From an uncultured Planctomycetaceae bacterium (GTDB taxonomy: Bacteria > Planctomycetota > Planctomycetia > Pirellulales > PALSA-1355): a stretch of DNA of 64,000 nt. The stretch lies in contig CAWAUV010000007.1 of NCBI GenBank assembly GCA_963785305.1, positions 1,440,001-1,504,000 on the forward strand. The letters are read 5' to 3'. The notes under the pieces are model-generated. The model was not told the DNA's origin and did not search any database. It saw nothing but the letters and a program-made list of their open reading frames with translations. Below are positions 55,892 through 64,000 of the stretch, piece after piece (position 1 is the stretch's first letter; each line of letters starts with the position of its first letter). Both the position numbers and the translations under genes were made by a program.

Positions 55892-57193
55892 ATGAGCTTG
55901 CTTCTTGCTTACCTTATCGCTTCGGCGGGCCCGCTGCTGCAGGCCGTGCTGTTGACGTTGCAAACATGGGAGAACCGTCGCTTCGTGCGCGGTCGCGCCC
56001 AAGGACAAATGCCCGGCCAGCGTGGACGCGTCGCGATCATTGCCCCCTGCAAGGGTCTCGATGTCGACCTCGCGACCAATCTCAAGCGGCTCTTCGAGCA
56101 AGATCATCAGAACTATGAAATCGTGTTCGTGGTCGATAGCCCCGACGATCCCGCGTTTCCGATCCTGCAAACCCTGGCTCGCGACAATCCGGGCGTGAAA
56201 GCGCGGGTCGTGGTGTCGGGCAAAGCGGCGCTCTCGAGCCAAAAGATTCATAACCTTCGCCATGCGATCGGGCTCTTGGACCCGGCGGTCAAGTTTCTGG
56301 CCTTCGTCGATTCCGATGCCCAGCCGCGCCGCGACTGGCTGCGAAACTTGGTGCGACGCCTGGGTCACGACGGGGCCGAAGCCTCGACCAGCTATCGCTG
56401 GTTCGTGCCGATGCGCAACACGCTGCCTAACCTGCTGCTGGCCAGCCTCGATCATTCGCTCGCGCCGCTCGTCGGGCCGCGACTGCATCACTTGGTGTGG
56501 GGCGGATCGTGGGCCATTCGCCGCGATGTGTACCACGATATCGGGCTCGACGAAGCCTGGTCGACCGCCCTGAGCGACGATCTGGTCGCCTCGCGGCTCT
56601 TGGCCGCCGCCGGGGCCACCGTGGAATACGAGCCGATGGCGATGGTCGCTTCACCGCTCGATGTGAATTGGCGCGACATGTATCGCTTCGTGCGGCGCCA
56701 GTTTGCCGTCGTGCGCTGGCACGAGCCGCGATGGTGGTTCGTGGGACTCGTGCTGAGCGTGCTCAATCAACTGTTTTTCTGGGCCAGCGCGCTCGGCGGA
56801 GCCGCCCTGCTTGCCGCCGGCAATCCCCTGGCCCGACCGTTGCTCGGCGCCGCGGCCGCCATTTACGCGCTGCACATCGTGCGCACGATCTTGCGCCAAT
56901 CGGCCGCGCGGAGCTTCGTGCCCGACTATCGCGAGCGACTTTCGGCGGCGCACGTGTTCGACATCGTCTTGCATCCCCTGGCGTCGGCGCTCAATGCCTG
57001 CGGGCTGCTCGGCTCGGCCTGGAGCCGCGAGATTCGCTGGCGCGGCATTCATTATTCGCCGCGAGAAGACGGCGCCGTGGCCGGGGCGCCGATCGAGCCG
57101 CGAGCGGACGAATCGCCGGTCAACGTCGTGAAGTGGATCGCATCGCGGAGGCCAGCGCCGGTGGGTTCCGAACTCGGACGGAAGGTCGCTTGA
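55892..57193 (+). CDS. Membrane GT2/GT21 glycosyltransferase (ceramide glucosyltransferase/HpnI-like)
   Basis: PCKGLD, QKIHNL, FVDSD, WGGSWAIR, SDD, RRQ, IRWRGIHY; N- and C-terminal TM segments. Confidence 0.85.
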   Translation: MSLLLAYLIASAGPLLQAVLLTLQTWENRRFVRGRAQGQMPGQRGRVAIIAPCKGLDVDLATNLKRLFEQDHQNYEIVFVVDSPDDPAFPILQTLARDNPGVKARVVVSGKAALSSQKIHNLRHAIGLLDPAVKFLAFVDSDAQPRRDWLRNLVRRLGHDGAEASTSYRWFVPMRNTLPNLLLASLDHSLAPLVGPRLHHLVWGGSWAIRRDVYHDIGLDEAWSTALSDDLVASRLLAAAGATVEYEPMAMVASPLDVNWRDMYRFVRRQFAVVRWHEPRWWFVGLVLSVLNQLFFWASALGGAALLAAGNPLARPLLGAAAAIYALHIVRTILRQSAARSFVPDYRERLSAAHVFDIVLHPLASALNACGLLGSAWSREIRWRGIHYSPREDGAVAGAPIEPRADESPVNVVKWIASRRPAPVGSELGRKVA

Positions 57194-57292
57194 TGCGCCG
57201 GACTTATCTTGCGATTCAGCTCGGCTCGAGGTTGCCGACCAATTGGGACTCCATGAGACATTAAGGTTTTTCGCTTCGAGAGAGGATGATCG

Positions 57293-58689
57293 ATGCGAGT
57301 CGTGTTGTGGGATACGCGAAAGTTCGATGTCTCGAAAGACTTCGCCGGCGGCTATGGCGTGGGCCAATTTCCGGGCGGCAATCGCCTCGCCGGATTCCTG
57401 GTGCGGCGCATGTTCAAGCGTGACCATCGTCCCACGGCGCTCAACTTCGCCTACTTGGCCGCCATCTTCCCGCGCTGGGCCACGAAACCCACTTCGCCGA
57501 AGACCATTTGCCCACGGGCGCCGATCTCTATGTGTTCAACCCCTCGCTGCTGACACTGCCCTACGAGCGCACGATGATTCGCCGCGCGGTCGAACAGGCC
57601 GACGCCGCGGGTTCGGGCGCCAAGGTGTTCGTCACCGGGCTCGTGGCCCACGCGCTGCCCGAGGCGTTCGACGGCCTGGGCGCCACGGTGCTCGCGGGCG
57701 AACCGGAACAACTGCGCTGGAAGCTCGACGACGCGCTCGCCGCGCCGACCGGTCGCCTCGAACTGGGCCAAGTGGCCGATCTCGACGCGTTGCCGTTTCC
57801 CGAGTGGTCGCTCTTCAAGCCGCACCGGTTTCGCATCGGCTACGATTTTTCGAAATTTCCCACCGGGCTCGTGCAAGCCAGCCGCGGTTGCACGCTCAAA
57901 TGCAACTATTGCCCCTACATCATTCAGCAAAACGCCGTGCGCTTTCGTTCGCCCGAATCGGTGCTTGATGAAATGCGCCGCGGCATCCAGTGGTATGGCT
58001 TTCGCTCGTTCAAGTTCCGCGACCCGCTGTTCGGCCTCGATCGGCAACGGGTATTGCGATTGGCCGAGGGAATCGGCTCGCTGCCCAGGAAAATTCAATT
58101 CTCGATCGAGTCGCGGCTTGATCTGCTCAAGCCCGAGACTCTCGCGGCGCTCAAAGATGTGGGGCTCACGAGCATTACCGTCGGCATCGAGACCCCCGAC
58201 TTGGCGACGCTCAAGCATCATACGCGAGCCCCAATCAGCGAAGACAAGCAGCGGCAGTTCGTCGAGCTTTGCAGCCGAATGGGCATTCGCACCGTGGCAG
58301 GTTTCATGATCGGTTTTCCCCACGACACGCGCGATTCGATTCTCGCGGTGCTCGACTATGCGCGGAAACTGAACCCGACGTTTGCCAACTTCAATGTGGT
58401 GACGCCCTATCCGGGCACGCCGTTTTTCAAGCAGATTCGCGAGCAGATCGCGTCGTTCGATTTTTCGCAGTACAGCGTCTACACGCCAGTGCTGCGGTAT
58501 GAACATCTCACGGCGGCGGAAGTTTCGGGGCTTTTGCGGAAGTGTTTCACGAGTTATTACTTCCGCGCCCGCTGGTTCGAGAACCACGGTCGCCTGTTGT
58601 GGCCGTGGTTGCCTTTCCCGAACCGGACGAAACCCGCGGACGAGCCCGCGGACGAGGCGCCGGCCGAGACCACTCGCCGCGCTGCTTGA
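57293..58689 (+). CDS. B12-binding-type radical SAM protein; frameshift near 57470
   Basis: DLDALPFP, ASRGCTLKCNYC, RFRSPESVLDE, GIET, FMIGFP, TPYPGT; ATG 57293 with GAGAGG RBS. Confidence 0.88.
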
Positions 58690-58977
58690 GTCGCTCACCT
58701 CCGCGAAAATGCGCGGGTCGCGCCGATTGTTTGGCCAAGTTTTTTGGCAAGCGGCGCCGATCTCTTCTCATAGGCGGGTTGTCCGCCGGTCACGCGATCA
58801 TTGATCCGCCGGCTCGCGCATCGCGAAAGTCGCGGGCGCCAGCGATTGCAACGCGGGCGGAGCAGTGCATCGAATTTCCGCGAACCGACCACGCTTCTAA
58901 TATTCGCCGCCGCATTTTTTCGCGGACATCGCCGCGCCGTGACCGTACTCCCATTGGACTCGTCGCGAGGATTGCCC

Positions 58978-60995
58978 ATGTGCTCGATCGCGGCGATGCT
59001 CGAATCGGAAACGCTCGCCGGCTGCCATGCCCTGGAACACGAGGAGCACGAAGCGTTCGTCTGGACGGGGCGCGAGTTCATGCTCCGCATTCCGCCGGGC
59101 GCTGGAATCGTCGCGTTTGACCTTTGCTATCTGGGGCACGCGGGCGAATTGCGAATCGAAGCGCAAGGCGCGATCGTGGACCAGACCGCGTTGTGCTCGG
59201 GCTGGCAGCGCGCCGCGCTGTTGGCGCCGGTTGGCGTGGAACTCGCGACGCTCGTCGTGAGTCCAACGTGCCGGCCCGAGGGTGATTCGCGCGAGCTCGG
59301 CGTGCGCTTGCGGGGGATAGGGTTTTTTGACAGCGCGGCCGATTACACCGCGTCGCGGCAGTCGCGAGAACCTTCGACTCGGACACCGGAGGCGCTGCAA
59401 ACGTTCGGATCGCGCCCGCTCGCGACGTTCGTGGATCGCGGCGAACTGATCGCGTGTTATCCGCTGGAGACCGAGGGCGATGAGGCGCGGGTCTGGACAG
59501 GCGCCGCTTCGAACTACTCGTCGAACCGGAAACGGAGTTCGTCGAGTTCGATCTTTGTTATGCGGGCGCCGAGGGCGCGCTCGAGGTCGAATCTCGCGGC
59601 GCGGTGTGCGATGTGCCCTTGCTGCGGGCGGGCTGGCAGCAGATCACGACGCGAATTCCGCCCGGCGCCGGGCGGGTCAGGTTCACTGTCGATCCCCCAT
59701 GTCAAGTCGAAGGCGATTCACGCGAGCTCGGAGTGCGACTCCGGCGGGTGACGTTCTCGCGCGATCGGGCTCGCCACGAGCGGATTCGAACACTGGCCGA
59801 CAACTTGGCCCGCAACGATCGCGAGTTTCGCCGCGGGCTACCGATGCTGGAGTCTTTGCCGCCGATGCTGCGGATCACGTCGGAGACTCGCTGCAACATT
59901 CCCGAGAACAGTCAGGCATGCGCTTATTGCGCATGGGATTGGGCCAAGCAGATGGAAACCGGCGCTCCGCGATTCACGCTCGACACGATCGACCAGCTTG
60001 GCGACTTTTATCGCGCCGCGACACACTTGGGCGATTGCAGCATCGGCGAGCCGACGATGCATAAGCAATTTGGCGCGATCGTCGCGCGGATCGGCGCCGA
60101 CGGAAAACGGCTGAGCTTCACGACCAACGGCCAATTGCTCGGCGAGCGGCGTCGCCGAGAACTCGTGGGCAAGGATATCGATCTCTATGTATCGATCGAT
60201 TCCGCGACCGCCGAAGGCTACAAACGGTATCGCAATGATCGATTCGATGATTTGGCGCGCAACCTTCGCGAGCTCTGCCGCGAGAAGCGGGCGCATGGCG
60301 ACCTGCCGCGAGTGTTTGCGTCGTTGATCGTAATGCGATCGAATCTCGCGGAACTGCCAGCCTATTTCGATCTCATGAAACAGGTGGGCGTCGATCAAGT
60401 CAAGTTGAGAGCGCTCTACGAAGACGACAATGTCGCTCCGCGAGTGATGAACAACGGCCATGCGTTTGACTATCTGGCCGAGATGGTTCCGCTCGAGGAG
60501 CTCGCCGCGATGACTCCGACCCTGCGGCGCATGGCCGCCGATCGCGGCGTGCCGCTGTATGTCGAATGGGAGGAGTTCGAGCCCGATTCGGTGCATGGTC
60601 CGCGGGAACCGATCTGCTCCGAGCCCTGGAAAACGCTCTATGTTCTGAGCCGCGGCGTGATGCCCTGCTGCTATGCGACCGAACCGCTCGGCCGCTGGTC
60701 GGAGCAGGGCGATCGCACGCTCGCGGAGTTTCTAAAAGATGTGTTCAATTCGCCGGAGTACCAGCATATTCGCCAGGAACTTGCGGCCGGCCGGTTGGCG
60801 AATTATTGCTGGAACACACCCAGTTGCCCGGTGATGAAGCGAATGCGCGCTGCCGGCGCCGCCGCGCCGCCGGCAATCACCCGAAAAAGCATCGCGTCGC
60901 AGGCCTCCACGGCGCCGCTGGGCCTGCCGATCCTCGCGCAGGGCTGCTCTTTGGGCGTCCGCGGATCGACGGGCGCCGGTTGCGACCGATCGTAA
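58978..60995 (+). CDS. Radical SAM protein with SPASM/Twitch-like domain and duplicated N-terminal module; frameshift near 59505
   Basis: ETRCNIPENSQACAYC, GEP, FTTNG, VSIDS, CSEPW...VMPCC...C...C; two upstream modules each ending EGDSRELGVRLR. Confidence 0.8.
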
Positions 60996-61086
60996 CGTGG
61001 CGATTAACGTGGCGAGGTAGCCGGCCAGTTGAAATACGGCGCCACCGTCGCGAAAAGACCCGCGAGAGTTCCGGCCGGGGCCGCGA

Positions 61087-61692
61087 TCAGTCGAGATTGC
61101 GCACCACGCCGACAACCACGCCCAGCACGCGGGCGTTCTTTACGAAGATCGGTTTCATCGTCGCGTTGGCGGGTTCCAGGCGGATGCGGTTTTTTTCGGT
61201 GTACCAGCGTTTGAGCGTGGCTTCGCCTTCGTCGGTTTGGGCGACGACGATCTGCCCGTCGCGGCAGGTGCGCTGCTTGCGCACGATCACATAGTCGCCA
61301 TCGGCGATTTGGGCGTCGATCATCGAATCCCCGGCCACGCGGAGCGCGAACTGGTTCTTCTTCTTGTTGAACATGGCGTCGAGGTCGAGCCGCTCGGTCT
61401 GCTCGATCGCTTCATGGAGCACGCCGGCGGCAATCCGGCCCGAAAGCGGCAGGCCCCGCTCGGAAGCGGGCTCGGTGGCCAGTTGAATGGCTCGCGACAT
61501 GTTGGGCTCGCGATGAATGAGACCCTTTTTATCGAGCGCTTTCAAATGGCACATCACGCCATTGGGCGAGGCGATGCCAAAATGCTCGCCGATCTCGCGC
61601 ACCGTGGGCCCATAGCCGCGACCATGGATCTTCTCGCGAATGAATTCGTAAACCTCTCGCTGCCGATCGGTTAAAGCGTCGAACATGCCCAT
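61087..61692 (-). CDS. lexA: SOS repressor LexA
   Basis: LTDRQ...PTVREI, GRIAAG (Ala-Gly cleavage site), GDSM (Ser), ATLKR (Lys); AGAGGAG RBS. Confidence 0.96.
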   Translation of the reverse strand: MGMFDALTDRQREVYEFIREKIHGRGYGPTVREIGEHFGIASPNGVMCHLKALDKKGLIHREPNMSRAIQLATEPASERGLPLSGRIAAGVLHEAIEQTERLDLDAMFNKKKNQFALRVAGDSMIDAQIADGDYVIVRKQRTCRDGQIVVAQTDEGEATLKRWYTEKNRIRLEPANATMKPIFVKNARVLGVVVGVVRNLD

Positions 61693-61861
61693 GATTGTCA
61701 AAAACTCCTCTTGGCCCCGGAGCGCGGGCCGATCGACTCGCGGTCGCCCCTTGCTTAAAGAAAACGCAACAATGCGGCTAACAGGCGGCGAATACGCCAT
61801 GACGCCCCGCCTCGCCATGTCGATGAGCGCCCCGCCGCGATAAGCGGCGGCCCATCGCTAA

Positions 61862-61889
61862 AATATAATATACGCGTGTACAGAATCAA
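61862..61889 (-). promoter_or_regulatory. lexA promoter with candidate operator in the spacer
   Basis: Minus strand TTGATT-N16-TATATT containing TGTAC-ACGC-GTATA. Confidence 0.5.
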
Positions 61890-62087
61890 GGGCGAATCGA
61901 ATCGAAACTCTCCTCGGCGCCGGAAAACAAGGGTTGAGCACGCAGCCAAAGAAGGTCATCGAGCACTTACGAACTCAAGTTACCCGGCCCGCGGTGGTAT
62001 CGCCTCGCTGAGCCGCGGTTGCCTGATCCCATGCTCTGGGCGCTCATCGAGCACGTCGAATCGAGGCTCAAAGAGCTTCGGCGGCGG

Positions 62088-63314
62088 TCACTTCGCCGCG
62101 GGGGCTTTCGGCTTGCCTTGAAACAGTGATCGCCAGCGGCCCGAGGTCGAGGGCTTGCCGGCGGCTTCGGCTGGTTCGGCCTTTCGATCGCCCGAGAGCT
62201 CCTCGGCCAGGGCGACCATCGCCTGCGTGATCGCGGCCTTGGGCGCCTGCTCGATCAGCGGCACGCCGTTGTTTCGCACCTCGCACATCACGCGATAATC
62301 GTTCGGGATTTGCCAAAACACATCACGGCCGATCGTTTCTTGGGCCTTTTTGAGCCCGATCTGCGTGTCGAGCCCGGCGCGGTTCACCACGATCTTGATC
62401 TTGTCCTTGATCGCCTCCATGGCGCCAAACGACATCATCAGCCGCACCATGTTTCGCAGGCAAGGCAAATCAAGCTGCGTCACCAAGAGCACATGGTTCG
62501 ACATCTCGAGCGCGATCATGTCGATCTTGCTGTAGCTCTTCGAGAGATCGAGAATCACATGCGTGAACGTTGCCTTCATCAGGCCGATCACGCGCCGCAA
62601 ATCCTCGGGCATGATCAAATTGATGTCTTCGAGCCGCACCGGCCGCGGCAAGAGATACAGTCCCGAGGCGTGTTTCGTGAGCGAGCGTTTGAGCAGGTTG
62701 AAGTCGAGCCGCGTGGCGTTTTGGGCCACGTCGAGCAACGTGTAGTCGGGAATCGTGTCGAGGAACACGTCGGCGTCGCCCAAGCAAAGGTCGAGATCGA
62801 CCAGCGCCACCGAGTTGCGCGGATCGCTGGCCAGCACGCAGCCCAGGTTCACGGCCACGCTGGTCGTGCCCACGCCGCCGGTGGCGCCGCCAATGGCGAT
62901 CACCGAGCTATTGCGGGCGCCGCGCTCGCCGCGTCCGAACCGGGCATCGCTGATGCGCTCGAGGGCCGCGACGAGGTCTTCGATCCTAAGCGGTTGGGTC
63001 AGAAACTCCTTGACCCCGGCCCGCATCGCCCGCAGGATCAGCGCCCCGTCGCTCGACGAGCTGAGCACCAGGACACTGCAAGTGGGCGAGGCTTCGTGCA
63101 GTTGGCCCACGAGCTGCAAGGCTTTGTCGGGGTTGTGGTCGATGGCCACGATGCCGATGTCGGGATGGGTCTGGGCGACCACGTCGGCGAAGAACTCGTA
63201 GCGCGAGCACTCCGCCTCGAGCCAGACCATGTCCATGCCGAGCAACGTCGACTTGAGATGGTCGCGCGCCGTGTCGCTCGGGTCGACAATCGCCAATCGG
63301 AGAACATTGCTCAT
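62088..63314 (-). CDS. cpaE: Tad/Flp pilus assembly protein CpaE (receiver-like + MinD/ParA domain)
   Basis: AMRAGVKEFL, GATGGVGTTSVAVNL, LVDLDL, IVVNR, IPND, NNGVP. Confidence 0.88.
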   Translation of the reverse strand: MSNVLRLAIVDPSDTARDHLKSTLLGMDMVWLEAECSRYEFFADVVAQTHPDIGIVAIDHNPDKALQLVGQLHEASPTCSVLVLSSSSDGALILRAMRAGVKEFLTQPLRIEDLVAALERISDARFGRGERGARNSSVIAIGGATGGVGTTSVAVNLGCVLASDPRNSVALVDLDLCLGDADVFLDTIPDYTLLDVAQNATRLDFNLLKRSLTKHASGLYLLPRPVRLEDINLIMPEDLRRVIGLMKATFTHVILDLSKSYSKIDMIALEMSNHVLLVTQLDLPCLRNMVRLMMSFGAMEAIKDKIKIVVNRAGLDTQIGLKKAQETIGRDVFWQIPNDYRVMCEVRNNGVPLIEQAPKAAITQAMVALAEELSGDRKAEPAEAAGKPSTSGRWRSLFQGKPKAPAAK

Positions 63315-63414
63315 GAGGCAAAGACCGCGTCAATCAAGCGCGAGATGGATCGCCAGCCGCGATGCGGCAGCGCCGGGCGCGTCGCATGGAGCCCGGCGAC
63401 GGGATCATGACGTC

Positions 63415-64000
63415 TTAATTAGTAACGTCATAACCACTGGACCCAATGAAGCCCGGAAGTTCATTGGGATCGGAATTTTTGGGCGGGGGCTGCGGATTAT
63501 TCGCTTGAGGTGGTTTGTACGTCCCGCTGGTCGCGGCCGGCGGCGTATAGCGACCGGTTGGCGCGCCGCCCTGCGCCGCGGGGGCCGCGGCACTGGTTCG
63601 CGGTGGCCGAGCCGCCAAGCGGCGGGCCGATGCAGTCGCGCCCGACCCCGCCCCGGCCGAGTCCGTCGCTGATCCGGCAGCCGGCGATCCGGTTGCTGGC
63701 GGCGAAGTCGGTGGCGGCGCCAGCATTCCGTTTCGGGTGGCCGGAGCGCCCAGCATGGGCGACGCGCCGCCGGGAGATCCCAGCGTGGGGGCCGTGGGCG
63801 GCGAACTCGAGGCGCTGCCTGGCGTCGGCAGGCTATTGGCCGGGGCTCGTGGCGGGGATCCCGGAGGCACCTGTTCCGGCGCCGGCGACGATTGCGGCGG
63901 CGGGGCGTAATATCCGGGTCCGGCGGGGTTCGCGCCCGGCGGAGTATAGACGGGGGCCACGAATCCCGTGTTGGGTGGGCCGGCCATGCCGCCGCCCGCG
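63415..64000 (-). CDS. Pro-rich C-terminal tail of an upstream gene, plausibly the Tad secretin (CpaC-like); 5' end outside the window
   Basis: Open frame to the window edge ending ELPGFIGSSGYDVTN; identity inferred only from its position before cpaE. Confidence 0.45.
   Translation of the reverse strand, partial: AGGGMAGPPNTGFVAPVYTPPGANPAGPGYYAPPPQSSPAPEQVPPGSPPRAPANSLPTPGSASSSPPTAPTLGSPGGASPMLGAPATRNGMLAPPPTSPPATGSPAAGSATDSAGAGSGATASARRLAARPPRTSAAAPAAQGGAPTGRYTPPAATSGTYKPPQANNPQPPPKNSDPNELPGFIGSSGYDVTN

Overview
GC-rich bacterial chromosome segment whose gene content points to a planctomycete (inference from DUF1559 prepilin-like, DUF1080 and J-like/Pro-rich proteins). Housekeeping genes include the PTS operon hpf-ptsN-ptsH-ptsI, glgX, a phosphosugar mutase, uvrC, a second ptsI, trpS, pdxJ, mgtE, degP, rnc, lexA and cpaE. 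Main accessory features: (1) a ~14 kb minus-strand hybrid assembly line FAAL-ACP-KS-AT-DH-ER-KR-ACP / C-A(Gly)-PCP-reductase with an adjacent Sfp-type PPTase and a sigma54-like promoter, predicted to release an N-acyl-glycinal or N-acylethanolamine-type lipid; (2) a Y1/HUH (RAYT-like) transposase framed by inverted, tandemly amplified terminal repeats and abutting an IS66 remnant; (3) a glycosyltransferase plus two radical SAM genes, one with a CX8CX2C motif. Many genes, including trpS, carry small frameshifts, most likely sequencing or assembly errors, so several CDS coordinates span frame changes. No rRNA, tRNA or CRISPR array was recognised. All calls come from motif reading without database searches.
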